Shown here in pieces: positions 21,802 through 32,974 of a stretch of DNA of 64,000 nucleotides (position 1 is the first letter of the stretch; each line of letters opens with the position of its first letter). The stretch is from Calditrichia bacterium. GTDB lineage: Bacteria; Calditrichota; Calditrichia; JAJRVZ01. The stretch lies in NCBI GenBank assembly GCA_963796965.1, contig CAWCNS010000006.1, forward strand, positions 32,001-96,000, written 5' to 3'. The position numbers were made by a program, and so were the translations under genes. The notes beneath the pieces were generated by a model. That model had not been told where the DNA came from, did not search any database, and saw only the letters and a program-made list of their open reading frames with translations.

Positions 21802-24003
21802 ATGGGCTTGGCCAAAGTATACCTGATTTTATTGATTGTTTTTTTATCCTCAGCTTGTCAGAATGATTCTACAAGCCTTTTGCCCGCATTGAATTTTGAT
21901 GAGAATGAAAGTAAAAGATTTATTTACACAAACAAGGGATCCGGTTATTTCGTAGGCAATTCACATCAACCCAATACAAGAAAATGGGAAGGATGGTATG
22001 TTGACAGTATGCGCTATCTTCTCGATTATGAAATATATTGGGGGTCACAACTTATTAGCCGTGATTCTGTTGAACAATTCACTTACCATCCCTATTCATT
22101 TCATCGAAAATATAGTTCCGGTTTAAATGAGACCGTTACCTTGCTTGATTCAATTAATGCAATTATATGGGAATTTGAATCTCGCTCCAATATCACAGAC
22201 CTACAATTTAAACCTATTTTGGGTAATTCTAAGCATTATGAGCAGGAACTCTTGTCTATTCAATCACCACACCTTATCATTCCTTCAAAGAATGGAGAAC
22301 AAGACACGTCCACAATTTCTGATAGTTGGTTGGGGATAAATTATTATAAAATAAATGAAAATAATGTCGTCGTTGTAGCCGTTTTAGAAGAAAATAAAAA
22401 GAAAGTGATAAATTTACTCAATCGAATAGTTGAAGAACATTCTGCCTTTATACAGGTAAGAATTAATCGCATGTCCCAATTTCTTCTCCAGAATCAAACC
22501 TATACCAATATTCCGGAAATTACAGATGCTATAAATTGGTCACAACTTTCATTAAATGCTCTTATAAGCGAAAATAATCAATCCGGCATTCTATCTGGCT
22601 TACCTGGAAAGCCGGAATTCCTTGGGCGCGACACATTTATATCTCTGACTGGTGCCCTACTGGTCAGTGGTCAATTCCCATTAGCAAAAAAGATCCTGAC
22701 TTGTTTTAGTGAGTATCAATTACAAAACGAGGAGGACCCCTGGTACGGCCGGATTCCTTCCGAAATCACCTCAACAGAGGTAGATTATAATTCAGCTGAT
22801 GTAACCTGGTGGTATATCAGAGCCCTGTATCAATACGTGCTCTTTAGCGGAGACAGAGAATTTGTGCGAGATATATTTTCGGTGGTGAAATATGCAATTG
22901 ACGGTGCGATTCGTTTTCGAATCGATGAGAATTTCTATCTGGTTCACAAGGACAATGAAACCTGGATGAATCAATCTGATGGACAAATTTTATTATCGGC
23001 ACGTGGTAATCGCGCGGTTGAAATTCAATCTTTATGGTATACGGCTTTAATGATAGGATCCAAATTAGCATCGTGGAACAATGATCCAAATTTGGAAGAA
23101 TATTGGTATACAATCGCAAACAGTTTGAGAGAAAATTTTCAAACAGACTTCTGGAAACCATTTCGAAACCACATGTATGATTATCTGGATGCAAATGGTT
23201 CACCCAATAGATCAATTCGTCCAAATATTTTGTTTGCCGGATCATCCTCTCAGTTGCCTGAGATAGAACCCTTAATAAACGATGACATGAAATCCCAGGT
23301 GACAAACGTTGTGATGAAAAAACTAACTTTTCGATATGGAACAAGTACTTTATGGCAGGAAGACCGCAACTTTATTACTACAAATTTTGAACAGAGCACT
23401 GATCCTAAGCCTGGAAATCATCACAATGGTACTATATGGCATTGGCTTTCCGGGACATTAATTTCAAACCTTCTTTATTTTAACCTTGATGAGATCGCTT
23501 TTTATCTCTATTCATATGAATCAAATCAAATATTATATGAAGATGCTATCGGAAATTTTGCATCTTTTAGGGATCCGCATCCCATCCCACAAAAAGAATC
23601 TGCCATTTTAAAAAAAAATCTTTCTTCTTCCATGAGTCTGGCAGAATATGTGCGAAATTTTTACCAAGACTTTATAGGCTATCATCCAAATGCAATAAAT
23701 CAACATATTGATCTGACACCAGTTTTTCCATCAGACTTAAAATATGTATCCACAAATTTACCTTATGCGAATGGTTGGATTCATTTTCAATTTTCCGAGG
23801 AAGAAAACCTATTCAAATTTGAAATTTCAAAAGAAGGTGATGGGGATGAGGTCAATATAGAATTCCAATATCCGGGATTTGATAGAAAACAAATATTACT
23901 CAACGAAGTGAAAACATCAATCAAATTTACCCTGGATCCAACCTCACGAAAATCATATTCACGCTATAACGAACTGGATTGGCATTTTGCCCAATGGGAA
24001 TGA
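21802..24003 (+). CDS. Amylo-alpha-1,6-glucosidase/glycogen debranching enzyme-like lipoprotein, possibly inactive
   Basis: Lipobox LSSAC; GRDTFISL, GRIP, YNSADVTWWYI, RGNRAVEIQSLW, IRPN, HNGTIWHWL; start chosen at ATG 21802. Confidence 0.8.
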   Translation: MGLAKVYLILLIVFLSSACQNDSTSLLPALNFDENESKRFIYTNKGSGYFVGNSHQPNTRKWEGWYVDSMRYLLDYEIYWGSQLISRDSVEQFTYHPYSFHRKYSSGLNETVTLLDSINAIIWEFESRSNITDLQFKPILGNSKHYEQELLSIQSPHLIIPSKNGEQDTSTISDSWLGINYYKINENNVVVVAVLEENKKKVINLLNRIVEEHSAFIQVRINRMSQFLLQNQTYTNIPEITDAINWSQLSLNALISENNQSGILSGLPGKPEFLGRDTFISLTGALLVSGQFPLAKKILTCFSEYQLQNEEDPWYGRIPSEITSTEVDYNSADVTWWYIRALYQYVLFSGDREFVRDIFSVVKYAIDGAIRFRIDENFYLVHKDNETWMNQSDGQILLSARGNRAVEIQSLWYTALMIGSKLASWNNDPNLEEYWYTIANSLRENFQTDFWKPFRNHMYDYLDANGSPNRSIRPNILFAGSSSQLPEIEPLINDDMKSQVTNVVMKKLTFRYGTSTLWQEDRNFITTNFEQSTDPKPGNHHNGTIWHWLSGTLISNLLYFNLDEIAFYLYSYESNQILYEDAIGNFASFRDPHPIPQKESAILKKNLSSSMSLAEYVRNFYQDFIGYHPNAINQHIDLTPVFPSDLKYVSTNLPYANGWIHFQFSEEENLFKFEISKEGDGDEVNIEFQYPGFDRKQILLNEVKTSIKFTLDPTSRKSYSRYNELDWHFAQWE

Positions 24004-24013
24004 TGAACCCAGG

Positions 24014-26566
24014 TTAATCCAACCACTTAATAAGTCGTGTTTCATGTAAATGAAAATGATCAGGATGTTTTGGAATCACCCGGCAGTTAAAACGATAGGA
24101 TCCGTCAGCATCAGCGAGAACCTTCGCCCGATATTCAATCAGGTCTCCGGGTTTTTTTGCTACCATACCCATCGGAATAATTTTCATTGATTGATGGCCA
24201 CGATACGCGTCCTGTCGTTCAAGAACAATTTCTACCCGAATATCTTTTGGCTCCAATCCGGCAGAACCAACTTCCAACTTTATTTCTCTTTGTTCGCCCG
24301 CAGAGAGAATTCGTCTATCTTCATCCATACTCGTGCCATTCAGTATACTTAAACTTACATTCGGCCATAGTCGTACAATGCGATTTTTCCATTTAGTAAA
24401 TCCATATAACCCTTTATACTCCTCCTGTGAATATTTTTCTGATCTCTTCATAGCGGGGATGTAAAATTTCTGAAGATATTCCCACACCATGCGATGGGCG
24501 CTAAATTGGGTCACCGTTGCATTGAAAGATTGTTTAGACTTTTGGATCCAATCTATTGGTATACCCTCTTTGTTCTGTTTATAATAGAGGGGCACGATCT
24601 CATTTTCTAATGTATCATAGAGCGACTGTGCATCTTCATAATCCTGTTGATCTGCATTTTCATATTGTCTCGATTCACCAATTGCCCATCCACTTTGCCC
24701 GTCATAACCCTCAAGCCACCATCCATCAAGAATACTAAAATTAATCCCACCATTTATCGGTACTTTTTGACCGGAAGTTCCACTTGCTTCCAGAGGACGT
24801 CTCGGTGTATTAAGCCATAAATCAACTCCTGATACTAATGCACGGGCATTACTCATCGAATAATCTTCAACAAACACAACTTTGCCCTTTAATTCCTCAT
24901 CCCGGGACAATTCATTAATCCTACGTATCAAATCTTTGCCAGCTTCATTTGCGGGATGTGCCTTTCCTGCAAAGAGGATTTGTACCGGTTTTTCTTTGTT
25001 ATTCAGAATTTTTTTCACACGCTCTAAATCACTAAAAAAGAGCAATGAGCGTTTATAAGGTGCAAACCTACGTGCAAAACCTATGGTGAGAATATTGGGA
25101 TCGAGTATTTCATCGGAAGAAGGATAGCCCCCATTCCCAGGACCATAACGTTCAATTCGCGTCTGGTATGTTCCCCTCAGATGATCTACCATTTTTATTT
25201 TCATTGTTTTCATCGCATTCCAAAAAACATCGTCCGGTATATCAAATATCTTATCCCAATAATGTTGGTTTCTTATTTGATTTTTCCAATCTGAGTCCAA
25301 ATATTTATCTAAAATTCCCAGCATTTCCCGGTGAAACCAGGTAAAACTATGAACCCCATTAGTAACATGGCCAATGGGAACTTCCTCTGTTGGAATTCCC
25401 GGATAGACTTTTTGCCACATATTTCTGGACACCTCTCCATGGAGCATGCTAACACCGTTTGCCTGACTGGACAGATTGAGGGCCAGAACGGTCAACGAAA
25501 AATTTTCGTGTTGATGAATATTCGTGTTTCGTCCAAGATCAAAAAACTTTTCATGAGAGATCTCTAATTGGGGCCAAATATTTTTAAAATATTTTTCAAT
25601 CATACCAAATTCAAACGCTTCATTACCAGCAGGAATTGGGGTGTGTGTCGTGAATAATGTTGTTGCACGAACAAATTCCAATGCGGTTTTGAAATCCATC
25701 CCACTATTCATCAATTCGTAAATTCTCTCCAGACCAAGAAAAGCAGAATGTCCTTCATTCATATGGAATACGCTCGGCTGAATTCCCATTTTTCGAATCG
25801 CTCGCATTCCTCCAATACCCAAAATTATTTCTTGCTGAATTCGTGTATCACGGCTACCACCATAAAGCGTATGAATGATATTTCTATCTTCGGGACTATT
25901 CTGATCAACAGTGGAATCCAAAAGATATACAGAAACCCGACCAACCTTTACCTTCCAAACTTTCAGGTAAACTTCATGATCGAGCATGGGGACACTTACC
26001 ATTAGTGGTGTTTCACCTTTTTCCATAACCAGTTGGATCGGTAATTTTTCAAGATCCAGCTCCTCATAAATTTCTACCTGATTACCCCCCATGTCAATCT
26101 GTTGATGGAAATAGGCATGTTTATACATCAGCCCGACAGCGACGAAGGGCAGTCCAAGATCACTGGCAGATTTTGTATGATCACCGGCCAAAACACCCAG
26201 ACCACCTGCGTAGTTTGGTAATGACTCATGAATACCATATTCCGCCGAAAAGTAAGCAATCGAATGATCAGCCATTTTGGGATAGTTCTTATAAAACGCC
26301 GTCTCCTTTAATTCTATATAGGCATTTAGTCTCTCCCAGATCGCATTTACCTTATCGATAAATACCTTATCATTTGCTATTTGATTTAGTTTGTCCTTTT
26401 CCACCATTTTTATAAAATTGACGGGGTTTCGCCCGCACTTCCGCCAAACCTCCAGATCAATCTCCTTAAACAAATCGCGTACATCCGGATTCCAGCCAAA
26501 CCAAAGATTATAAGCAAGCAGTTCCAGATTTTTTAGTGGATCAGGTATTTCATATTTATCAGACAT
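24014..26566 (-). CDS. glgP: Alpha-glucan (glycogen) phosphorylase
   Basis: YFSAEYG, YAGGLGVLAGD, HMNEGH, GFARRFAPYKR, EASGTSGQK. Confidence 0.96.
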   Translation of the reverse strand: MSDKYEIPDPLKNLELLAYNLWFGWNPDVRDLFKEIDLEVWRKCGRNPVNFIKMVEKDKLNQIANDKVFIDKVNAIWERLNAYIELKETAFYKNYPKMADHSIAYFSAEYGIHESLPNYAGGLGVLAGDHTKSASDLGLPFVAVGLMYKHAYFHQQIDMGGNQVEIYEELDLEKLPIQLVMEKGETPLMVSVPMLDHEVYLKVWKVKVGRVSVYLLDSTVDQNSPEDRNIIHTLYGGSRDTRIQQEIILGIGGMRAIRKMGIQPSVFHMNEGHSAFLGLERIYELMNSGMDFKTALEFVRATTLFTTHTPIPAGNEAFEFGMIEKYFKNIWPQLEISHEKFFDLGRNTNIHQHENFSLTVLALNLSSQANGVSMLHGEVSRNMWQKVYPGIPTEEVPIGHVTNGVHSFTWFHREMLGILDKYLDSDWKNQIRNQHYWDKIFDIPDDVFWNAMKTMKIKMVDHLRGTYQTRIERYGPGNGGYPSSDEILDPNILTIGFARRFAPYKRSLLFFSDLERVKKILNNKEKPVQILFAGKAHPANEAGKDLIRRINELSRDEELKGKVVFVEDYSMSNARALVSGVDLWLNTPRRPLEASGTSGQKVPINGGINFSILDGWWLEGYDGQSGWAIGESRQYENADQQDYEDAQSLYDTLENEIVPLYYKQNKEGIPIDWIQKSKQSFNATVTQFSAHRMVWEYLQKFYIPAMKRSEKYSQEEYKGLYGFTKWKNRIVRLWPNVSLSILNGTSMDEDRRILSAGEQREIKLEVGSAGLEPKDIRVEIVLERQDAYRGHQSMKIIPMGMVAKKPGDLIEYRAKVLADADGSYRFNCRVIPKHPDHFHLHETRLIKWLD

Positions 26567-26671
26567 TATTAAAGTACCTCAGCAATAGTGATTGTTACAT
26601 TCCGTCTTAAGAACGGGAATATTAGTAAAAGTTTGTTTGAAAATCAAAAATCATCATCAATTAGATATTAT

Positions 26672-27394
26672 TTATACCAGACTTCGACCGCCATCTACAG
26701 AAATAACTGTACCAGTGATATAATCACCATCCTCTAGAAGAAACCTTACGGTATTGGCAATATCTTCTGCCTTTCCTTCCCGTTTCAACAAGGTATGAAA
26801 GATTGCCTTTTGCCTCTGCTCAATTGAGAAATCAGGTGGTAAGTGAACCGGCCCTGGATTAATACCATTAACCTGTACTATTGGTGCCAGAACTTTCGCA
26901 AGACCTTTTGTCATACTTATTACGCCACTTTTTGTAAGGGAGTAAGGAAGATACGATGGCCATGGACTTAATCCACTGGTATCAGCAATATTGATTATTT
27001 TTCCACTTCCCTTTTTGAGCATGATTTTACCGGCTTCCTGAGCCAAAAAAAATCCTGCTTTTAAATTTAAATTAAAATGTTTGTCCCAATCATCCTCGGT
27101 GATACTCCCAAATGGTGTTTTAATAAAAATAGCAGCGTTATTTACAAGTATATCAATTCTGCCAACTTCATCAATGATTTGATTTATCAATTTCTTGCCG
27201 GTATGGTGATCCCTAAGATCTCCTTTGAGCAGATGTACATTAGGAAACTCAGTTTTTAGTTCATGTGCCCGTTTTTCACTATGGTAATAATGACAAAAAA
27301 GTTGAGCCCCATTATTGAGCAACATCTCTGAGATGGCACGACCCACTCTGACAGCCCCACCTGTTACTAACGCAATCTTACCCTTAATTTTCAT
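26672..27394 (-). CDS. SDR oxidoreductase, pteridine reductase/FolM-like
   Basis: TGGAVRVG, NNAA, YSLTK, VDGGR. Confidence 0.85.
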   Translation of the reverse strand: MKIKGKIALVTGGAVRVGRAISEMLLNNGAQLFCHYYHSEKRAHELKTEFPNVHLLKGDLRDHHTGKKLINQIIDEVGRIDILVNNAAIFIKTPFGSITEDDWDKHFNLNLKAGFFLAQEAGKIMLKKGSGKIINIADTSGLSPWPSYLPYSLTKSGVISMTKGLAKVLAPIVQVNGINPGPVHLPPDFSIEQRQKAIFHTLLKREGKAEDIANTVRFLLEDGDYITGTVISVDGGRSLV

Positions 27395-27527
27395 TAAAAT
27401 TCCATAGTATAATGTTATTTAAATTTTAGGAATATATTGAGCCCGGTTTTTAAATCCGAAAAGTAAATTGATTATTAAGTTCAAATCCTTTGAAGAGAAC
27501 AAAAATTGCTCATAATGCGCGGATATT

Positions 27528-28151
27528 TTATTCATGGAGAAAAGGATTATGTTGACGCTCTCTACCAATGGTTGTGGGCGGACCGTGGCCTGGGTAAACT
27601 ATAGTAGCATCATCCAACGATAAAAGTCTGGTGCGAATTGAATTTATAAGCTGCTCATAATCCCCACCCGGAAGATCTGTTCTTCCAATTGAATCTAAAA
27701 AAAGACAGTCCCCGACAAAAACATCTGAATCAATTTTAATTGATATTCCCCCGGGAGAATGTCCCGGTGTATGAATGATCGTACACTTCCTATCCCCAAT
27801 CAACAAATGGTTCCCGTCCTCTACAAATTTAATAGATTGAGGTATTTCTCCCACTGATATACCAAAAAAGGAGCCTTGTTCTTTGAGAGACTTTAAGAGA
27901 CCTATATCTCCTTCATGCATATGGAAAGGAAGATTAAAATGATTCATCACCTTGTCAACTTCAGCGGTATGATCAATATGACAATGGGTATTTATGATAT
28001 ATTTTAAATTCAGGTTTTCTTTTTCAACCTCATCTATTAATCGCTCCGCTTCTGCGCCCGGGTCAATAAAGATAGCCTCCCGACTATCCTCATCACATAC
28101 CAGATAACAATTCATGGCAAAACTACCCACAGTAAGAGTCTTTATCTTCAT
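27528..28151 (-). CDS. MBL-fold metallo-hydrolase (YcbL/glyoxalase II-like)
   Basis: THCHIDH, HTPGHSPG, GRTDLPGG, PGHG. Confidence 0.92.
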   Translation of the reverse strand: MKIKTLTVGSFAMNCYLVCDEDSREAIFIDPGAEAERLIDEVEKENLNLKYIINTHCHIDHTAEVDKVMNHFNLPFHMHEGDIGLLKSLKEQGSFFGISVGEIPQSIKFVEDGNHLLIGDRKCTIIHTPGHSPGGISIKIDSDVFVGDCLFLDSIGRTDLPGGDYEQLINSIRTRLLSLDDATIVYPGHGPPTTIGRERQHNPFLHE

Positions 28152-28173
28152 TATCCATTCTCATACATTTGGG

Positions 28174-28362
28174 TTAGCATCCTACCACGCCATCAATAAT
28201 TAAATAGGGGATAATTATATACAACGTAACATCACGTATCAGATAGAAGAGAAAAAAAGCAACTACTACTTTCCATCCTTTAATCTTAATAAATTCTTTA
28301 ATGCCTTCTGTTTTTATTAATTCCCACCACTCGACTGCCCATTTGGGTTTAAGAAAATTCAT
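28174..28362 (-). CDS. Small membrane protein
   Basis: 62 aa, GWKVVVAFFLFYLIRDVTLYIIIP; in line with flanking minus-strand genes. Confidence 0.7.
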   Translation of the reverse strand: MNFLKPKWAVEWWELIKTEGIKEFIKIKGWKVVVAFFLFYLIRDVTLYIIIPYLIIDGVVGC

Positions 28363-28514
28363 ACGCTTTATTTTATTTCCTATAACAATAATTCCAAAAT
28401 AATCTAATTATATCCACCTAATTTTAAATATAATACCGTAATCGCATCGCAAAGATTACAACCTAAAATGAAGGTGTAAGATCATTAACGAAAATTTTTA
28501 CGAAAACCATCTCA

Positions 28515-29294
28515 TCAAAATGAGATAGTTCCCTCCATAAACAATTTAGCTTCACCACCAATGATTACACGGTCCTTTTTATATTCGCATTTAAGTTTTC
28601 CCCCACGTCCAGAGACCTGGAGTGCCGTCATATGGTCTTTATTTAATTTTTCTGCCCAATAAGGAATAAGTGTACAGTGTGCTGATCCCGTGACCGGATC
28701 TTCAGGGATACCTACTGCCGGTGCAAAAAACCGTGAAACGAAATCTACTTCGTTCCCCGGTGCTGAAACGATCACACCGATACGATCAAGTTCCTTAAGT
28801 GCCTTCATATATGGTCTTAGATTTCTCACTGTTTCTTCAGACTCAAAGATTGCTAAATAATAATTTGATCCCAATACTTCTATAGGCTCAATACCAAGAC
28901 CCTTTATAAGATTCTCAGGCTTATCACATTTTACAGGCTTATGTACCGGAAAGTCCATTAAGTATAAATCTTCTTCTCGCCAAACTTTTAATTCACCGCT
29001 ATGGCTACCAAAAACAACTTCTTTTCGCTCTTTTTCAATCTTATTCATGAGAACCCAGGCAGTAGCCAGGGTTGCATGACCACATAACTCAATTTCTGTC
29101 TGGGGTGTAAACCATCGTATCTGATAATAGTCCCCCCTGTTTACAATAAAGGCCGTTTCAGAAAGATTATTCTCCAAAGCAATATTTTGCATTACCTCAT
29201 CTTCAAGCCAGAACTCTAAAGGACATACTGCTGCAGGATTGCCTGAAAATGCTTGATTGGTAAATGCATCGACCTGAAAGATAGGTAATTTCAT
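28515..29294 (-). CDS. PhzF-family isomerase/epimerase
   Basis: QVDAF, GNPAAV, NLSETAF, LCGHATLA, EDPVTGSAH. Confidence 0.93.
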   Translation of the reverse strand: MKLPIFQVDAFTNQAFSGNPAAVCPLEFWLEDEVMQNIALENNLSETAFIVNRGDYYQIRWFTPQTEIELCGHATLATAWVLMNKIEKERKEVVFGSHSGELKVWREEDLYLMDFPVHKPVKCDKPENLIKGLGIEPIEVLGSNYYLAIFESEETVRNLRPYMKALKELDRIGVIVSAPGNEVDFVSRFFAPAVGIPEDPVTGSAHCTLIPYWAEKLNKDHMTALQVSGRGGKLKCEYKKDRVIIGGEAKLFMEGTISF

Positions 29295-29517
29295 GATTCC
29301 TCTCTCACGATTTTACATTGGTCTACAAAATACGAAAAAAAAGAAATCTTTGCATTATTCAATAATTATTGCCAAAAAGCTAAAAAAAAATGCACCCGAT
29401 TAATGAATTTACTAAACTTGGCTTGTTGAACATAATTGATCAGATCATAAAACATATGTTACATCAAAATCTTCGACCAATGAGATGATATATTGATAAC
29501 TGAGATAAAGGTATCTG

Positions 29518-31383
29518 ATGTCTAAAAAAACTGAAGAAGGCAATTTAGCTTTATATTTGAGAATTCTTTCATTTTTCAAGCCCTATATAAAGATTATAAT
29601 TCTTGTTTTATTCTTTAATTTCATGTTCGTTATCTTCAGCACCGTTTCAATCTGGATGGTAGCCCCCCTCATTACGACTATCTTTGACTCCCAGGAACAA
29701 GTTTCTGAGGAAAAAGCACCTTCACCAGTTGAGACAGGCAGCAGTATACTCAATCTAAACCAATGGATGAAGGAAAAACTCAATCACTATATCATAAAAG
29801 ATTCAAAATCTGAAACTTTGAAGTTTCTTTGTATTCTTATTTTTCTATTATTTTTGTTCAAAAACTTTTTTGGATTTTTGAAATCCTGGTGGATTGCCTA
29901 TGTTGAACAGCGATTCATCAAGGACATCAGAGATAAAATATATAATCATCTGCTTTTCCAACCGCTCAGTTTCTTTTCGCGTTATCAGACGGGAAACCTG
30001 ATGTCCAGGGTAACCAATGATGTGAATGTTCTGAATGAATCAATGGAACATAATTTCACAAAAGTCATTAGCGATCCGCTTATGATTGTTATTTTTGTTA
30101 CCCTTCTTATTAGTATCAGTTGGCAATTAAGTCTGGTTGCCTCCATTGTATTTCCTCTCACTGGTATCATTATCGGAAAAATAGGTCAGAGCCTAAAAAG
30201 GAAAAGTCATCGCGTCCAGGAGCGTATTGCCGATGTAACAACTGTTTTACAGGAGACCATTACCGGAATTAAGGTTGTAAAAGCATTTTCTATGGAAGGA
30301 TATGAGTCCAAAAAATTTCAATCTAAAACTTTTGAGCATTTTAAAACCTTTGTCAGGAGAACAAGACTACATCGTCTTACCGGTCCTTTGTCAGAAGTAA
30401 CAGGTATTGGTATTATGGTGTGCGTTTTGTGGTACGGTGGACAGATGGTTCTTTCTGGAGATTTACTTAGTTCAGAGGATTTTATCCGTTTTATTGCCAT
30501 CCTTTTTTCATTGATGGATCCGATAAAAAAACTCGGTCAGTTTAACAATGATGTTCAGATTTCTTTGGCAGCAGGAGGACGAATTTTTGATATTCTTGAT
30601 ACCCAATCATCAATTACAGATCGCCCGGGTGCTCAGGTTAAACCGGATTTTTTGGAGAAGGTATCCTATGAAGATGTATCCTTTCAATATACTCCGGAGG
30701 ATAAACCTGTATTAAATAAAATAAACCTTAATGTCACCAAAAACAGAAAAGTTGCAATTGTTGGTGGCAGTGGCGCTGGTAAAACAACTCTTGTAAACCT
30801 TTTACCACGATTTTATGAAGTCAGCACAGGTATTGTCTCCATTGATGGCAGCGACATTCGTAATCTTACCATGAGTAGTCTCCGTCGTCTTATGGGTATT
30901 GTAACTCAGGATGTCATTCTTTTTAATGATACAGTTGCAAACAATATCGCTTATGGAATGCCAGACTATTCCAAAGATGATATCATGCATGTTGCAAAAC
31001 TGGCCAATGCCCATGAGTTTATTGAGGATCTACCGGAAGGATATGATACTATGATCGGAGAACGGGGCACACGATTATCGGGTGGGCAAAGACAGCGCAT
31101 TTCTATTGCCCGCGCAATATTGAAAAATCCCCCCATACTCATATTCGATGAAGCGACATCTTCTCTTGATTCAGAAACGGAGCGACTTATTCAGCAGGCC
31201 ATCGAAAATTTGATGAAGGATCGTACCGTATTAATTATTGCACACCGGTTGTCGACAATTATGAATTCAGATAAGATTGTTGTGCTTGAAGAAGGCAATA
31301 TAATTGATGAGGGAACTCATGCAGAACTGCTCGAAAGATGTGATCGATATCGCTATTTGTATGAGTTACAATTTAAAGGATAG
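29518..31383 (+). CDS. msbA: MsbA-like ABC exporter (TMD plus NBD)
   Basis: N-terminal TM domain; GGSGAGKT, LSGGQRQR, IFDEATSSLD, IAHRLST; substrate inferred. Confidence 0.8.
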   Translation: MSKKTEEGNLALYLRILSFFKPYIKIIILVLFFNFMFVIFSTVSIWMVAPLITTIFDSQEQVSEEKAPSPVETGSSILNLNQWMKEKLNHYIIKDSKSETLKFLCILIFLLFLFKNFFGFLKSWWIAYVEQRFIKDIRDKIYNHLLFQPLSFFSRYQTGNLMSRVTNDVNVLNESMEHNFTKVISDPLMIVIFVTLLISISWQLSLVASIVFPLTGIIIGKIGQSLKRKSHRVQERIADVTTVLQETITGIKVVKAFSMEGYESKKFQSKTFEHFKTFVRRTRLHRLTGPLSEVTGIGIMVCVLWYGGQMVLSGDLLSSEDFIRFIAILFSLMDPIKKLGQFNNDVQISLAAGGRIFDILDTQSSITDRPGAQVKPDFLEKVSYEDVSFQYTPEDKPVLNKINLNVTKNRKVAIVGGSGAGKTTLVNLLPRFYEVSTGIVSIDGSDIRNLTMSSLRRLMGIVTQDVILFNDTVANNIAYGMPDYSKDDIMHVAKLANAHEFIEDLPEGYDTMIGERGTRLSGGQRQRISIARAILKNPPILIFDEATSSLDSETERLIQQAIENLMKDRTVLIIAHRLSTIMNSDKIVVLEEGNIIDEGTHAELLERCDRYRYLYELQFKG

Positions 31384-31390
31384 TAATTTT

Positions 31391-32182
31391 TTATATGTCG
31401 ATTTCGATTCCCAGCGGACAGTGATCAGACCCCTTAACTTCTGGTAGGATAAACGCATTTTTTAAACTTGGTAAAAATTCTTTGTTGATAAAAAAATAGT
31501 CGATCCGCCATCCAACGTTTTTATCCCGTGCACTAAATCGATAACTCCACCACGTATACTTTTCAGATTCTTTATCAAACTCTCTGAAAGTATCGATATA
31601 ACCATGTTCAATAAATTTGTCAATCCACGCTCTTTCTTCTGGAAGAAACCCCGTTGTTTTCTGATTTGCTTTCGGATTTTTGAGATCGATTTCTTTATGG
31701 GCCGTATTATAGTCCCCACAAATTATCAGGTTTTTCCCTTCTGCCTTCAAAGTTTCACAACGGTCAAGTACCAGGTCACAGAATTCCAATTTATAATCTA
31801 CACGACTTAGATCGCGCCGTCCATTTGGAAAATAGATATTGAAAAGAGTAAAGTTTTCATATTCGGACTCTATGACACGTCCCTCATCATCGAATTTATC
31901 ATTCCCGATTCCATTTTTAACTGAAAGGGGGCTTTTTTTTGAAAAAGTTACCACACCACTATAACCTTTTTTCTGAGCAGGATTCCAATGACTAAGATAA
32001 CTATCAGGATTTAGCAGACTATCATCCAATTGCTCTGGTTGTGCTTTTATTTCTTGCAAACATAAAATATCTGCATCTGAATCACGAAACCATTCAATGA
32101 ATCCCTTTTGAGACGCCGCCCGGATACCATTTACATTCCAACTATATATTTTCAATTTCCTCTCCTTACTTTCCATTATCAA
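31391..32182 (-). CDS. xth: Exodeoxyribonuclease III / AP endonuclease
   Basis: SWNVNGIRA, LQEIK, GYSGV, GDYNTAH, GWRIDYF, SDHCP; true start may be TTG 32155 after AAGGAGAGG. Confidence 0.95.
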   Translation of the reverse strand: MIMESKERKLKIYSWNVNGIRAASQKGFIEWFRDSDADILCLQEIKAQPEQLDDSLLNPDSYLSHWNPAQKKGYSGVVTFSKKSPLSVKNGIGNDKFDDEGRVIESEYENFTLFNIYFPNGRRDLSRVDYKLEFCDLVLDRCETLKAEGKNLIICGDYNTAHKEIDLKNPKANQKTTGFLPEERAWIDKFIEHGYIDTFREFDKESEKYTWWSYRFSARDKNVGWRIDYFFINKEFLPSLKNAFILPEVKGSDHCPLGIEIDI

Positions 32183-32316
32183 ACACCAATGGATTTAATC
32201 TTATTCCGAGACTTTATTTATATCACTTTTTGACATGGAGGGTTCAGAAAATCCTCAATAATTTTTCATTTTTTTAAACTCTGAGTTCTCTTTTACTAAC
32301 TGCCAAAACTAAATTA

Positions 32317-32829
32317 TTATTTTTCTGCAACTAATTCTCGATATGATTGTGAGAGTAGATGTTCTTTGTTAATATCCAGGATATCCAACAGATAATTCAC
32401 TTTCTTCGTTTCTTTCCCCCTGTCATTGAATTTTTCATCCATAACAGCTTCTAATTCCATAAATTCACCCAAACCGGAAACCTGATCTAAGTGAACACGT
32501 ACATTCTCATATAAAAATATATCTCTTTCTTTTTCAACAATAACCTGCAACCCAAGCATTTGGGATAATAAGCTTTTTACTTCATCTGAGTTTTTTACTG
32601 GAACTATTTGATAGGTTGAACTTTTTGGACCGCAAATATCATCACGAAAATATAAAACCATATACGAACCGGATAGTTTAGATTCCCTCAATTTCATACG
32701 CCCTGATTTTGTGTTAAAGTAGGTGTCTACCTGGTGATCTAGTCCAATATATTTATGATCCATTTTTAGTATCTTTTCACGAATAGTGTGTAAATCAGAA
32801 ACCCTTGCCTTTATTTCAATATTTTCCAC
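32317..32829 (-). CDS. CYTH-domain protein (class IV adenylate cyclase-like)
   Basis: NIEIKAR, QVDTYF, GRMKLRE, VHLDQVSGLGEFMELE, SY; GTG start with AGGAG. Confidence 0.88.
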   Translation of the reverse strand: MENIEIKARVSDLHTIREKILKMDHKYIGLDHQVDTYFNTKSGRMKLRESKLSGSYMVLYFRDDICGPKSSTYQIVPVKNSDEVKSLLSQMLGLQVIVEKERDIFLYENVRVHLDQVSGLGEFMELEAVMDEKFNDRGKETKKVNYLLDILDINKEHLLSQSYRELVAEK

Positions 32830-32844
32830 CTACATCTCCTTTAC

Positions 32845-32888
32845 ACTGGGACTGGGTACGGGTACTGGGTACTGGGTACTGGGTACTG
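32845..32888. repeat. Heptamer tandem repeat (ACTGGGT)n, about 6 copies
   Basis: actggg actgggt acgggt actgggt actgggt actgggt actg, directly upstream of the CYTH RBS. Confidence 0.85.
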
Positions 32889-32974
32889 TAAGTTTTGTTC
32901 TTCACCAGGGCTTGTCAATGCAAATCTAATTTAATTCAGCAGAGTCTGCGTATAAAAGGCCCGGCGACTGGAAT

